From Thermodesulfobacteriota bacterium (lineage in GTDB: Bacteria; Desulfobacterota; Binatia; Bin18), in assembly GCA_964291405.2 (NCBI GenBank), contig OZ219926.1, positions 544,001 to 608,000 of the forward strand: 64,000 bases of DNA, written 5' to 3'. Each line of letters opens with the position of its first letter. Position 1 is the stretch's first letter. Below, one piece after another: positions 36,264 through 47,188 of this stretch. Under the pieces are notes generated by a model. The model was not told where the DNA came from, ran no database searches, and saw nothing but the letters and a program-made list of their open reading frames with translations. The position numbers and the translations under genes are program-made.

Positions 36264-37277
36264 ATGAAGCCTCCGTCTTCTCGCCGCCGTCAATCGTTCG
36301 GCAACCTCGCCTCCCTCCTCCCGCGATTCTCGCGCGTTCGGGTACTGGTCATTGGCGACCTCATGCTCGATCGTTATATTTGGGGCCAAGTCAACCGTAT
36401 CTCCCCTGAAGCACCAGTTCCTGTCGTGCGTGTCTCGCGTGAAAGCCTGCACGCCGGAGGGGCCGGAAATGTGGTGACCAATATCTGCGCCTTGGGTGGC
36501 AGTGTGACGGTTTGTGGCCTCGTAGGAAAGGATCAGGCCGGACGGCTCCTGCGACGAGAATTACTGAGACAGGGCGCAGACGTCGGGGGTATGGTAACCA
36601 GCAGTCCATATGAGACGATCAGCAAGACCCGTATCATTGCCCACAGCCAGCAAGTCGTCCGCCTTGATCGTGACCCGACCGACAGCCCGAGTGCGCGCGT
36701 ACGAGTGCGACTGCGGACCTTTATCCAGCGCCATATACACGACTTTGATGTCTGTGTGGTGTCAGACTACGGCAAAGGGCTGATTGAGGCCGACCTGCTC
36801 GACCTGTTGGCCAGGCTGCGAACGCAACTCGGCTTTGTCTACGTGATCGATCCGAAACGCCGGAATTTTGTTCATTATCGCGGCGCGAGTCTTATGAAGC
36901 CGAACAAAGAAGAAGCAGGACAAGCTACTCAGATCGACCTTGTGGACGATACAGCCTTGCAACGGGCTGGCACTCAACTTCTTGATCTATGGAACACGGA
37001 GGCCGTACTTGTTTCTCGCGGTGAAGAAGGCATGAGCTTATTTCAACCGGATCGTCGCGCGGCCCATTTCTCAACCACCACTCGCGAGGTCTTTGACGTC
37101 ACAGGGGCAGGTGACACTGTCGTTGCCGTGTGCGCGCTCGCCCTCGGAACCGGTGCTGGACTCGAGACTGCCACCATTCTCGCCAATCACGCGGCTGGAA
37201 TCGTTGTCGGCAAAGTCGGCACGGCAACCGTCAATAGGGAAGAATTGAAAGCGGCCCTAAGGACACCCTTGTCATGA
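36264..37277 (+). CDS. hldA: D-glycero-beta-D-manno-heptose-7-phosphate kinase (RfaE domain I)
   Basis: GDLMLDRY, RISPEAPVPV, GGAGNV, SDYGKG and DVTGAGDT motifs. Confidence 0.93.
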   Translation: MKPPSSRRRQSFGNLASLLPRFSRVRVLVIGDLMLDRYIWGQVNRISPEAPVPVVRVSRESLHAGGAGNVVTNICALGGSVTVCGLVGKDQAGRLLRRELLRQGADVGGMVTSSPYETISKTRIIAHSQQVVRLDRDPTDSPSARVRVRLRTFIQRHIHDFDVCVVSDYGKGLIEADLLDLLARLRTQLGFVYVIDPKRRNFVHYRGASLMKPNKEEAGQATQIDLVDDTALQRAGTQLLDLWNTEAVLVSRGEEGMSLFQPDRRAAHFSTTTREVFDVTGAGDTVVAVCALALGTGAGLETATILANHAAGIVVGKVGTATVNREELKAALRTPLS

Positions 37278-38149
37278 AAAGTATGACCGGATTTGGGAAC
37301 GGGAGCCGCGCCTTTTCGGGTGGGCGTGCGACAGTCGAGATCCGTGCGGTTAATCACCGTTTTCTTGAAGTCAAACTCCACCTACCCCGTGGCTTTCTCG
37401 CACTTGAAGACGAATTGCGAGCAATGATTGCCACGCAGGTAAAGCGTGGGCGGATTGAAGTTTTCCTTACGCTCTCAGGGCAGACAACACGCTCATACGC
37501 AGTTGTTCCCAATATTGATCTTGCGCGAGCGTATATAAAGGCTGCCAAGCAACTCAAGGGTATGCTCGACCTCGGAGGAGACCTGACTCTCCATTTTTTT
37601 CTATCCCGGCCAGAAGTGTTCCAGGTCGCCGAAGCACACCAGCCCTCCAGCACCGAGATTGGGGCGTCAAAGAAAGCGCTACAGCGTGCACTCACCGTGC
37701 TGGAGCGACACCGTCGACGCGAAGGGAAATTTCTGCAACGTGATCTCCGCGGGCGGATTCTGACCCTCGAAAAAATACGTCGGAGTGTCGGGCGGCGCAG
37801 CACACATACTCAACAGGCCACGCGACAGAAATTGGCAGACAAGGTCACCACGCTTTTGCCCCATCTCGACTCTGATCGCCGGCGCGTTCTGCAGGATGTG
37901 GCAAGTCTGGCCCAAAAGAGCGATATCACTGAGGAATGCGTCCGACTTCAAAGTCACCTCAGTGCGTTCTCCGATCTCCTCCGACTAGCTGAGCCGGTTG
38001 GAAAACGGATGGACTTTCTCCTGCAAGAGATGCAACGGGAGATCAACACGATTGGCGCAAAGGCAGATGATGCGTCTATCCGCCATCTCGTCGTCCAGGC
38101 CAAGGAGGAGGTGGAAAAAATTCGTGAACAAGTGCAAAATATAGAATAA
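37274..38149 (+). CDS. yicC: YicC/YloC family endoribonuclease
   Basis: MKSMTGFG, VNHRFLE, QEMQREINTIGAK and EKIREQVQNIE motifs. Confidence 0.95.
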   Translation: MKSMTGFGNGSRAFSGGRATVEIRAVNHRFLEVKLHLPRGFLALEDELRAMIATQVKRGRIEVFLTLSGQTTRSYAVVPNIDLARAYIKAAKQLKGMLDLGGDLTLHFFLSRPEVFQVAEAHQPSSTEIGASKKALQRALTVLERHRRREGKFLQRDLRGRILTLEKIRRSVGRRSTHTQQATRQKLADKVTTLLPHLDSDRRRVLQDVASLAQKSDITEECVRLQSHLSAFSDLLRLAEPVGKRMDFLLQEMQREINTIGAKADDASIRHLVVQAKEEVEKIREQVQNIE

Positions 38150-38152
38150 CGT

Positions 38153-38827
38153 ATGCTGGATGATGCAGATCAATGCTTGAGTTTCTCTCGGCGTGGAATT
38201 CTTCTGATCTTGTCAGCTCCCTCTGGGGCTGGGAAAACCACCCTGGCGCGTGAACTGATTGCGAGAACATCGAATCTCGGTTGGTCAATTTCGCATACCA
38301 CTCGACCTCGCCGGTCTGGGGAAGTAGACGGTAAAGACTATCACTTTGTGAGCGAAGAGACTTTTCTTTCGCTTCGAGATCAAGGGTCCTTTGCCGAATG
38401 GGCTCGGGTCCACAGAGCCTACTACGGGACAACGCGCGCAACTATTGAGAATACGCTCAACACGGGTCAAGACCTCCTATTGGACATTGATGTCCGGGGG
38501 GCTGAGCAACTCAAGTTGTGTTATCCAGAGGCCGTGCTCGTTTTTATCCTGCCGCCTTCGTGGCAAAAACTGGAAGATCGCTTACGCGCGCGGGAGACTG
38601 ACGAGGAAGATGCTATTACGCAACGCATTCGGCATGCGCAGGAAGAGACCCGAGAGTTAGCCCGCTATGACTATTGCGTCATCAATGACCAACTCGAGGC
38701 CAGTGTCGCGGCGCTACACGCCATTCTCTGTGCAGAAAGAGTCCGCGTATCACGCCTGGACCTCTCTCCCCTACGTATCGCTTCCGCTTACTCAACGTGC
38801 GATGCACCACCCATAGGGACCGAATGA
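38153..38827 (+). CDS. gmk: Guanylate kinase
   Basis: SAPSGAGKT, SHTTR.RR.GE.DG.DYHF, YYGT and LDIDV.G motifs. Confidence 0.96.
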   Translation: MLDDADQCLSFSRRGILLILSAPSGAGKTTLARELIARTSNLGWSISHTTRPRRSGEVDGKDYHFVSEETFLSLRDQGSFAEWARVHRAYYGTTRATIENTLNTGQDLLLDIDVRGAEQLKLCYPEAVLVFILPPSWQKLEDRLRARETDEEDAITQRIRHAQEETRELARYDYCVINDQLEASVAALHAILCAERVRVSRLDLSPLRIASAYSTCDAPPIGTE

Positions 38828-40977
38828 ACCAGCACCGCGACTTGAATCAAATTATTACGAAAGTCCAGTCCTATCATCCTGAGGCGAAGGTCGGCCTGAT
38901 CACGGATGCGTACGCATTTTCGGAGCAGATGCATCAGGGTCAGAAGCGCCACTCTGGCGAGCCCTATTTTATCCATCCGGTGGGGGTGGCTGAAATCATT
39001 ACCGACATGAAGCTTGATGTGCCGAGTGTCGTTACCAGCCTGCTGCACGATACGGTGGAGGATACCTTAACCACTCTCCATCAGATCGAGCAGCATTTTG
39101 GCAATGAGATCGCCGCCCTGGTCGATGGGGTGACAAAGATCAGCAAAATTCACTTTACCACTCGTGAAGAGCGTCAGGCCGAAAATTTCCGGAAAATGAT
39201 CTTTGCCATGGCCCAGGATATACGCGTAATTCTGGTAAAGCTCGCCGACCGTACGCATAATATGCGAACCCTCTCCTACCTCAGTGAGGATAAACAGCGG
39301 GAGATTTCGTCGGAGACGCTCGAAATTTATGCCCCGCTGGCTCATCGTTTAGGTATCTATTGGATGAAGAGCGAACTCGAGGATAACGCGCTCCGCTATC
39401 TACACCCGAAGGTCTACTCTGAACTGAAGCGAAATATTATCAAGAAGAAGAGCGAGCGGAAGCAATATATTACCGCAGTCATTGACATCCTCAAAAAGAC
39501 GTTGGCCGAGGCCGACATTACAGCCCAAGTCTCCGGCCGCCCGAAACACTTCTATTCGATCTACCAAAAAATGCGGTCTCAGAATCTGGTCTTTAGCCAG
39601 GTTTATGACTTGGTCGGCTTCCGCATTGTCGTGCAATCCATGCGTGAATGTTATCAAGTGTTAGGCATAGTCCATAGTCACTGGCGCCCCGTTCCCGGCC
39701 GCTTTAAGGATTATATTGCCCTGCCCAAAGCGAATATGTATCAGTCGCTTCATACCACCGTCATTGGACCGCATGGCGAACGGATGGAGGTTCAGATTCG
39801 CACACGCGAGATGCACCGGGTCGCAGAGGAAGGCATCGCCGCCCATTGGACCTATAAAGACGGCCAGGGACAAGAGGAAGCACAACGTTTCGCCTGGCTG
39901 CGCCAACTGGTTGAGTTACAACAGCACGTCCAGGACCCTCAAGAATTTCTCCATACCATCAAAGAAGACCTCTTTACCGAAGAAGTGTACGCCTTCACCC
40001 CGCAAGGCGACCTCAATAGTTTTCCGCGTGGCGCGTCGGTGATCGATTTTGCCTACCGTATTCACTCGGAAGTCGGTAATCATTGCACCGGTGCCCGGGT
40101 GAATGGACGTCAGGTTCCATTGCGGTATCAGGTCCAAAACGGCGATGTCGTCGAAATCATCACAACCAAAAACCAGTCGCCCAGTAAAGACTGGTTGAAA
40201 ATTGTCAAAACCCCGAAAGCTAAAGCCCGGATTCGGCACTGGCTCAAAGAAGAACAGCGAGAACGCAGCGTTGCCCTTGGGCAAGAACTCCTTGAGCGCG
40301 AGTTAGTCCGCAATCACAGCTCACTGACAGCGATGCGTAAACAACGCAGAATCGGACCAACGCTAGAGGCACTGGGATTTAGTAATGAAGAAACGCTTTT
40401 TGCGGCCCTGGGTTACGGGCAAGTGACAGCAGGACAGGTGCTCAGCTACCTCCTTCCTCAGTTCACCGAGACGCTCGATCGGACGGCGCATACCATCGAG
40501 CTTGAAAAAATCCGCCAGAAACCTCCATCAGATGATTCAAGTGGGGTGAAGGTCGGTGGGATTGGGAATGTCCTGATTCGGTTCGGACGCTGTTGCAACC
40601 CCCTCCCTGGGGAACGCATTGTAGGCGTTATCACGCGAGGCAAGGGAGTCACCGTTCATACGATTGCCTGTCAGCGCCTGCTGGAAAGTGATCCTCAACG
40701 ACATGTTGCTGTCAGTTGGGACCCCACCGCAGATTATACACGTCTTGTGAAAATCGAAGTCCTGTCCGAAGACCGCCCCGGCCTCCTGACCAATATGAGT
40801 AAAGCGATCAGCACCGCCGGACTCAATATCTCCAATGCTAATGTCCGGACTCTGTCGGACAAACGCGCCCTCAATGTATTTGAAGTCCTCATCCCAAGCG
40901 CCGATGATCTTCAGCGTGTCATGCGCAACCTGGAACGGGTCAGGGGCGTGGTCAGAGTGTCACGCGTGCCCTCCTAA
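38824..40977 (+). CDS. spoT: Bifunctional (p)ppGpp synthetase/hydrolase (long RSH)
   Basis: Intact HD (LLHDTVED), KLADR.HN and synthetase (RFKDYIA, EVQIRT) motifs, followed by TGS and ACT domains. Confidence 0.93.
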   Translation: MNQHRDLNQIITKVQSYHPEAKVGLITDAYAFSEQMHQGQKRHSGEPYFIHPVGVAEIITDMKLDVPSVVTSLLHDTVEDTLTTLHQIEQHFGNEIAALVDGVTKISKIHFTTREERQAENFRKMIFAMAQDIRVILVKLADRTHNMRTLSYLSEDKQREISSETLEIYAPLAHRLGIYWMKSELEDNALRYLHPKVYSELKRNIIKKKSERKQYITAVIDILKKTLAEADITAQVSGRPKHFYSIYQKMRSQNLVFSQVYDLVGFRIVVQSMRECYQVLGIVHSHWRPVPGRFKDYIALPKANMYQSLHTTVIGPHGERMEVQIRTREMHRVAEEGIAAHWTYKDGQGQEEAQRFAWLRQLVELQQHVQDPQEFLHTIKEDLFTEEVYAFTPQGDLNSFPRGASVIDFAYRIHSEVGNHCTGARVNGRQVPLRYQVQNGDVVEIITTKNQSPSKDWLKIVKTPKAKARIRHWLKEEQRERSVALGQELLERELVRNHSSLTAMRKQRRIGPTLEALGFSNEETLFAALGYGQVTAGQVLSYLLPQFTETLDRTAHTIELEKIRQKPPSDDSSGVKVGGIGNVLIRFGRCCNPLPGERIVGVITRGKGVTVHTIACQRLLESDPQRHVAVSWDPTADYTRLVKIEVLSEDRPGLLTNMSKAISTAGLNISNANVRTLSDKRALNVFEVLIPSADDLQRVMRNLERVRGVVRVSRVPS

Positions 40978-41075
40978 GGGGTGTTATAGCCGGCCTTTTC
41001 CCCTTGAGAAGAGAGGTCAAAAAAAGGGACGGCAGGCGAATGGGTTGGAGAGACAGAGAGGAAAGGTGTAAGCTC

Positions 41076-41267
41076 TTACGCCGCCTTTACAATTTTTCCA
41101 GAACGGATACAGCGCGTACAAACGCGCAGGCGTTTCACCGAACCGGCGACTCTTGCCCGCACTCGTTGCAGGTTCGGTAACCAGCGGCGTTTCGTCTTGT
41201 TATTTGCGTGACTTACATTATTACCCACTGCGGGGCCTTTTCCACAAATTTCGCATCTCTGGGCCAC
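41076..41267 (-). CDS. rpmB: 50S ribosomal protein L28
   Basis: [34 protein letters not shown] start follows GGAGG. Confidence 0.97.
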   Translation of the reverse strand: MAQRCEICGKGPAVGNNVSHANNKTKRRWLPNLQRVRARVAGSVKRLRVCTRCIRSGKIVKAA

Positions 41268-41337
41268 AGCCATCCTCCTGAAAGCACCTACGTATACCAC
41301 AGGCACGACACGCGCGCAACACGGGGGAACCGAACCG

Positions 41338-41817
41338 TTATTCCTGATAGGCAACAAGAATACATTCAATCAGATCTGTCGTCGAAAAGCCGTCCTGATG
41401 ACGGACCGCAACGACCTGTCCACCGGCGTGTTCAACAACTTCTTTTCCCACAATAGCCTCGGGGCTCCAATCTCCCCCTTTGACGAGGACATGTGGTTGA
41501 AGCCGACGAATCAAGGCAAGCGGCGTGTCTTCTTCAAACGTGGTGACATAGTCAACGGCTTCAATGGCCGCGAGCAGAGTCAGACGACTGGCTTGATCCA
41601 GAATTGGCCGTTTATCTCCTTTCAGCCGCTTGACCGAAGCGTCGGCGTTCATACCAACCACAAGGATATCGCCAAACGTCTTTGCCTGAGCCAGCATATA
41701 AACATGACCGCTATGCATCAGGTCGAAACAGCCGTTGGTAAAGACGATGCGCTTACCCTGACGGCGGAGTCGAGTCAGCTGCTCCGCCAGCTGTTCTTCA
41801 GAAAAAATCTTTTGCAT
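41338..41817 (-). CDS. hldC: D-glycero-beta-D-manno-heptose-1-phosphate adenylyltransferase (RfaE domain II)
   Basis: [30 protein letters not shown] and FSTT motifs. Confidence 0.93.
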   Translation of the reverse strand: MQKIFSEEQLAEQLTRLRRQGKRIVFTNGCFDLMHSGHVYMLAQAKTFGDILVVGMNADASVKRLKGDKRPILDQASRLTLLAAIEAVDYVTTFEEDTPLALIRRLQPHVLVKGGDWSPEAIVGKEVVEHAGGQVVAVRHQDGFSTTDLIECILVAYQE

Positions 41818-41877
41818 AGTGGTCCAATGCAGACGGCTCGATCAGACTATCCCAGAACAAACGATTACATATTTCTC

Positions 41878-44076
41878 TCAAAACGCGCTCTTGCCAGCTG
41901 ACGTAATGCCAACCAAAGATAAGGAAAACCGAAACTCAACCTCATCAGGGTTCACTTTCTCAACAACCCCGAAATCAAACGTCCAACACTTCTGCGGTGA
42001 GAGGACACGAAAGAAATAGCGAGACCCGATAAATATTTGGTCATTTAGATCATAGCGCGTAAAGTAGGCGACTGTCAGATATTCATTCAAGCGGAGAACA
42101 ACCCGAGAATTGATCTCCTTCAGGAGGCGGTCGGCAATGGTTCGATACGAAACCCCAAGGCTCGTCCGTCGCTGCAGATTGCGCAGTAACGGGCTCGTCT
42201 CAGGGATCGGACGCGGGTCCTGGAGATATCCACCAATACGGGCGGCAATCATGTCTCCTTGATCAACATCATACGTCGTCTCCGCCGCGAGGGTAAAGAG
42301 TGAGAATGGACGGACATGCGCACTGATATCCACATCAGAAAAATGTTGATCCGTCTCACTCAGGCCAAATCGTTCGCCTTCTTCTCGCAGACGTCGGCTC
42401 GGATCGTAAGCCTGGGTCACCGATACACGGAGCAGTTCACGGACGCGAGCTTGCCGATTGGAGGCGCCGGGGAGCGGGTCAAATTTTCCAAGGAGTCTGT
42501 TTGAAACACCATATACAAAGAGGCTACGCCGGTTAATCCGGTCGAGCGCATCATAGAGCGGCAGATCATCTTGACCAACCCGAGGGACGTAGGAGAATGA
42601 GACATGCGGCTCGATAATGTGTTGGAGTTTACTCACCCGTCCCCAACCAATATCGAAAACCCGGGAGAGGCGTGTTCCGAACTCAGCCTGTAGCTGGACC
42701 GTCTCCCTGGTCTGCGTCTTCTTTAGGCGGCTGGAACCAGGCACGATCGGGCGCCCCCGAGCGCGGGAACTCATGTGGTAGACTGTCTCCCGCCCAGTCG
42801 CCGTCACCGAACCATAGACATACCTGCCGAGGGAGAAAGGGAGCGATACCCAGGGAGCGAGATCAAAGCGCTGACCATAGTAGCCACGGTTCCGAAAAAA
42901 ATGGCTACCCTGGATGGTCACCCCAGCTTCAAGTCGGTCATTCCAGAAACGGCGATGGCCCTGAAAATTGACCTGAGGCAGAACCTGAAAGACATCATCC
43001 TGATCGTTTCGCAAATCTTGATAATAGCGCGCCTCGGAACGAAGCTGAGCGTTCTTCCAGGTTTTCAGACCGCCGGCTCGGGAAGCGGTAAACCGCCGTG
43101 AACGGAGCTGATGATCTTCAAACCCTGGATGGAAGGAAATATTGAATTCACGCAAGAAGAAATCATCGCTCACAAAAAAGAAATCACTATACACCTCCAC
43201 GTTATCGGCCATACGCTGCCGATGTGCCCCCGTAACACTCCAGCGATCAACAGGAGAGGTCGTTGAGGCCGGTCCCCGAATCTGTTCATTAAAATAGGAG
43301 GCGGAGAAATCGCCCTCCACCCGCTCACTGGGCGCATAGCGGTATTCTCCCAGGAGTCCAACCCGAGCGGAGGTTTCAATATCCGCTGTGAACGTAAAGT
43401 CCTGACTCTTACTGATTGCCCAATAGAAGGGCTGTTCCCACTGGAAACCGCGCTTACTCGAAAAGCCGGACCGGGGCGCGAGCGCGCCACTTTGACGGTC
43501 CTTGCGAACAGGAATCGCACCATAGGGGATATATAGAAGCGGGATGTCTCGAGCTCGCAGGAGCCCGCCACGAAGCTTACCGGTTCCAGCAAGGGTAAGA
43601 TCAAACTCGGAGGCGTCCAGCCTCCAATCTGGCTGCTCGTCGGCTTCACACTCACATGTTGTTATCGTTCCGTCTTCAATACGATAGGTCTGACCGTACG
43701 ATTTTTGGAGCCTTCTCCCGGTAATCGTATATTGACGCTGAGGCATGTGAATGACGCCATCTTCAATTTCGCCTGTTTCATCCGTGAGTTCCAGGCGTAA
43801 CGCCTCAGCCTGAATATTCCCTTGAGGGTCTTGCAGCACGACATTTCCACGGGCCTGAAGTTCATTCCTGGTCCGACTTACACTCACCGTATCTGCGGTG
43901 AGTGTCGTCTGGCCCTTGGTGACAACGACGTTCCCTTGCGCCGACACCGTCTCCCCGTCCTCTTCATAGCTCAGCGTGTCAGCATTGACCTCGACAGACT
44001 CTTGTGCGGAGACAGCCCCTGCCTCGATGAGCCAGGAAAGCGTGATCAAGAGAAAAAAATAGAGAATTCTTTGCAT
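41878..44076 (-). CDS. lptD: LPS-assembly protein LptD
   Basis: Signal peptide, OstA-like N-domain (A.GNV), TTC..PDW, RQSG and a beta-barrel ending in Phe. Confidence 0.88.
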   Translation of the reverse strand: MQRILYFFLLITLSWLIEAGAVSAQESVEVNADTLSYEEDGETVSAQGNVVVTKGQTTLTADTVSVSRTRNELQARGNVVLQDPQGNIQAEALRLELTDETGEIEDGVIHMPQRQYTITGRRLQKSYGQTYRIEDGTITTCECEADEQPDWRLDASEFDLTLAGTGKLRGGLLRARDIPLLYIPYGAIPVRKDRQSGALAPRSGFSSKRGFQWEQPFYWAISKSQDFTFTADIETSARVGLLGEYRYAPSERVEGDFSASYFNEQIRGPASTTSPVDRWSVTGAHRQRMADNVEVYSDFFFVSDDFFLREFNISFHPGFEDHQLRSRRFTASRAGGLKTWKNAQLRSEARYYQDLRNDQDDVFQVLPQVNFQGHRRFWNDRLEAGVTIQGSHFFRNRGYYGQRFDLAPWVSLPFSLGRYVYGSVTATGRETVYHMSSRARGRPIVPGSSRLKKTQTRETVQLQAEFGTRLSRVFDIGWGRVSKLQHIIEPHVSFSYVPRVGQDDLPLYDALDRINRRSLFVYGVSNRLLGKFDPLPGASNRQARVRELLRVSVTQAYDPSRRLREEGERFGLSETDQHFSDVDISAHVRPFSLFTLAAETTYDVDQGDMIAARIGGYLQDPRPIPETSPLLRNLQRRTSLGVSYRTIADRLLKEINSRVVLRLNEYLTVAYFTRYDLNDQIFIGSRYFFRVLSPQKCWTFDFGVVEKVNPDEVEFRFSLSLVGITSAGKSAF

Positions 44077-44092
44077 GACTATCTATGCTCTC

Positions 44093-45400
44093 TCAGACTG
44101 GCGGCTGTTTGGCTTGGGAGATCGTGGGGTCAACACAGACTTCGGGAAAGAGTGGCAGCACTTCTCCAACCAAGAACAACGAGCCACACACCACAAGAGC
44201 CTCTTGAGGACCGACTTGATGGAGCAGTTGTCGACAAGCTTCCGCGGCCCCCTCAATGGTGCGTACGGAACAGTTGGCAGAAAATGCCTGTTGCACCGTA
44301 TAAGGGTCTTCGGCCCGTGGTTGCGCGACCGCTGTCACGACAACCGCGGCAGCGACCTGTTCCAAGGCGGCTACCATCGGACGCCACTCTTTATCCCGCA
44401 TGACCCCAAAAAGAAAAATAGGCCGCCGATTCGGAGCGAGGTCGGGGAGTTCGGCCAGTAACGCGTGAAGGGCTTGGATATTATGCGCCCCGTCAAGAAT
44501 GACAAGGGGGTGTGTCGACACAATATCCAGCCTACCCGGCCAGTGTACCGACCGTAATCCCGCATGAATTTGAGCATCTGTCACCAGGAAAGCATCTTGG
44601 AGATATTCCAGACTCGCCAAAGCAACCGCAGCGTTGTGTGCTTGGAATTTTCCGTTCAGAGAAAGCTGAAGATTCTTATATTGATACTGCTTTCCGCCGT
44701 AGCAATATCGGCCGGAAGCGTCCTTCTCAAGAGTAAAATCCTGGCCATACGACAGAATCGCGCTGCCTTGATCTCGAGCCCTCTGATATAAAACGTCACG
44801 GCTCTCCTGATCGAGCTTCCCGAGCACGACCGGTACCGCGGGCTTAATAATCCCGCCCTTTTCACGCGCAATATCAGTCAGAGTGGACCCCAGATATTGC
44901 TGGTGGTCAAGTCCGATACTGGTGATGATGGACACCAAGGGGGTGAGAACATTGGTGGCGTCGAGTCTCCCACCCAAACCAACCTCCACAATGGCGATAT
45001 CCACGCAGGCTTGGGCAAAGATACGAAAAGCCAACACCGTCATCATCTCGAACGGAGTCAACCGAATGTCCGCCGGTTCGAGGTCGGACTTGATTGCCGC
45101 CACGGTATCCACCACCTCGCGTGGGGAGATCCACCGCGTGCCAATCCGAATCCGCTCACAAAAATCGATCAGATGTGGAGACGTAAACAATCCCACCTTA
45201 TACCCCGCAGCGCTGAGGATGGCATGCAATATGGCCGCGGTGGATCCCTTCCCATTCGTGCCGGCTATATGAACGCTGGGGAATTGGTGCTGCGGGTCAT
45301 CGCCCAAACGGAGCGCGAGCGTAGTCCGCTCAAGCTTGAGGTCCATACGCTCGACTTCGAGTCCGTACAACCACGCCAAGGTATCTGAGTAGTCGCGCAT
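44093..45400 (-). CDS. folC: Bifunctional folylpolyglutamate synthase/dihydrofolate synthase
   Basis: HIAGTNGKGS, TSPHL, EVGLGGRLDATN, WPGR and DGAHN motifs. Confidence 0.96.
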   Translation of the reverse strand: MRDYSDTLAWLYGLEVERMDLKLERTTLALRLGDDPQHQFPSVHIAGTNGKGSTAAILHAILSAAGYKVGLFTSPHLIDFCERIRIGTRWISPREVVDTVAAIKSDLEPADIRLTPFEMMTVLAFRIFAQACVDIAIVEVGLGGRLDATNVLTPLVSIITSIGLDHQQYLGSTLTDIAREKGGIIKPAVPVVLGKLDQESRDVLYQRARDQGSAILSYGQDFTLEKDASGRYCYGGKQYQYKNLQLSLNGKFQAHNAAVALASLEYLQDAFLVTDAQIHAGLRSVHWPGRLDIVSTHPLVILDGAHNIQALHALLAELPDLAPNRRPIFLFGVMRDKEWRPMVAALEQVAAAVVVTAVAQPRAEDPYTVQQAFSANCSVRTIEGAAEACRQLLHQVGPQEALVVCGSLFLVGEVLPLFPEVCVDPTISQAKQPPV

Positions 45401-45436
45401 CCTGTCTTTCTGAATAGCAGATTACAGGATGAGACG

Positions 45437-46309
45437 TTATGGGGGAGAGTGAGACGCTTTTTGGGTTGAGTCAGGGGTGGGTACAGGATTGCATAAGAGA
45501 CCAAGCAACTGGCTTAACATCCCACGCAAATCCTTGCGCTCAACAACAAGGTCTACCATACCATGGCCCAATAAGAATTCCGCTCGTTGAAACCCTGGGG
45601 GAAGCTTTTCCCGGATGGTCTGTTCAATCACGCGTTGTCCAGCAAAACCAATCAAGGCTCCGGGCTCAGCAATATTGATGTCGCCCAGCATACCCAGCGA
45701 GGCGGCAACGCCACCCGTCGTGGGATCTGTCAAAACCGAGATATACGGCAACCCCGCTTCTCGTAAACGACCAAGCGCCATAGTGACCTTTGCCATCTGC
45801 ATTAGCGAGAGCACCCCTTCCTGCATCCTGGCACCGCCGGAGGCAGAGAAGAAAATAACAGGCAATTGTTCTGCGCGGGCGTGCTCGATAATCCGCGTCA
45901 GTTTTTCCCCCACGGCAGTCCCCATACTGCCACCGAGAAAAGAGAAGTCGAAACAGCCGAGAGCAACACGACGCCCGTCAAGGGTCGCTACCCCACAGAC
46001 AACGGCTTCGGCACGTCCCGAGCGACTGCGCGCATCAGCTAACCGTTGGGCGTACGGTTTCCGGTCGGTGAAGGCGAGAGGATCGGTGGAGTGTACGTAC
46101 GGTGCATATTCAATGAACGAACCGCGATCAACGATGGTGAGCAGTCGTTGTTCGGCGGTCAGTCGGAGATGAGCGCCACATTTGGGGCAAATAAAAAGGC
46201 GACGCTCGACCTCCTTACGAAATAAAATTTCTTGACACGTCGAACATTTGAGCCAAATGGCCTCCCCCTCTTCTTGACTCACCGTGACTACCGGTTCTGC
46301 CATACTCAC
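45437..46309 (-). CDS. accD: Acetyl-CoA carboxylase carboxyltransferase beta subunit
   Basis: Zn ribbon (W.KC..C...CPKC), GGSMG, SGGARMQEG and PTTGGV motifs. Confidence 0.96.
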   Translation of the reverse strand: MSMAEPVVTVSQEEGEAIWLKCSTCQEILFRKEVERRLFICPKCGAHLRLTAEQRLLTIVDRGSFIEYAPYVHSTDPLAFTDRKPYAQRLADARSRSGRAEAVVCGVATLDGRRVALGCFDFSFLGGSMGTAVGEKLTRIIEHARAEQLPVIFFSASGGARMQEGVLSLMQMAKVTMALGRLREAGLPYISVLTDPTTGGVAASLGMLGDINIAEPGALIGFAGQRVIEQTIREKLPPGFQRAEFLLGHGMVDLVVERKDLRGMLSQLLGLLCNPVPTPDSTQKASHSPP

Positions 46310-46342
46310 TCTTTCTTCAGTGCTCTCCGCCTGTCCCCAGGA

Positions 46343-47188
46343 TTATGGCGGGACTATAGTAGTCATGGTATCGTTTGGAGTGGCGGTCGCGATGCTGCAT
46401 AGGGCTGTTTTGAGCTCAGCAATAAGCGCTCCCACACGCGGCACCAGGTCCGGCTGTCCCAGCGATTGTTCAATGACCTGCGAGATGGCGCTGCCGACAA
46501 TAGCAGCGTCAGCCACGCCCGCGACCTGGACGGCATGTTCTGCTGAGGAGATACCGAACCCAACACCAACGGGTACAGGGGAAATAGCGCGAATGCGTCG
46601 AACCATATCACTCAAATCCGCTGGGAGTGCCACCCGTACGCCCGTCACGCCAGTCACCGCGACATAATAGATAAATCCACGCGCACGAGCCAGCACCTTC
46701 TGAGCTCGGTCCAGCGAGCTGGTCGGAGCGAGAAGAAAGATCATATCCAAATCGTGGCGATCCGTCTCCCGTTTCAACTCCTCTGCTTCCTCGGGCGGGA
46801 GGTCAACGCATAGTACGCCGTCAACACCTGCCTGGCGGGCATCGGCGGCAAAACGCTCCCCACCATAGCGCCAGATCGGATTATAATAGCCAAAGAGCAG
46901 GATTGGGATCGTGAGCGACTGTCGTAAACGACGCACTAGTTCAAATACGTGAGACAAGGACGTACCGTGCTGCAAGGCACGTTCTGCAGCACGTTGCAGG
47001 GTTGGCCCATCGGCCATCGGGTCAGAAAAAGGGACGCCGAGTTCGATGATGTCAGCCCCCTGTCGAGCCATTTCATGGACTAATGCAAACGTCGTCTCGA
47101 TATCGGGATCCCCCACAGTAACGAATGGGATGAGGCCAACCTCTCCGCGAGCCCGCAACTGGGTAAAGGTGTCGGCAATGCGCGTCAT
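46343..47188 (-). CDS. trpA: Tryptophan synthase alpha chain
   Basis: [24 protein letters not shown] and GVTG motifs. Confidence 0.97.
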   Translation of the reverse strand: MTRIADTFTQLRARGEVGLIPFVTVGDPDIETTFALVHEMARQGADIIELGVPFSDPMADGPTLQRAAERALQHGTSLSHVFELVRRLRQSLTIPILLFGYYNPIWRYGGERFAADARQAGVDGVLCVDLPPEEAEELKRETDRHDLDMIFLLAPTSSLDRAQKVLARARGFIYYVAVTGVTGVRVALPADLSDMVRRIRAISPVPVGVGFGISSAEHAVQVAGVADAAIVGSAISQVIEQSLGQPDLVPRVGALIAELKTALCSIATATPNDTMTTIVPP

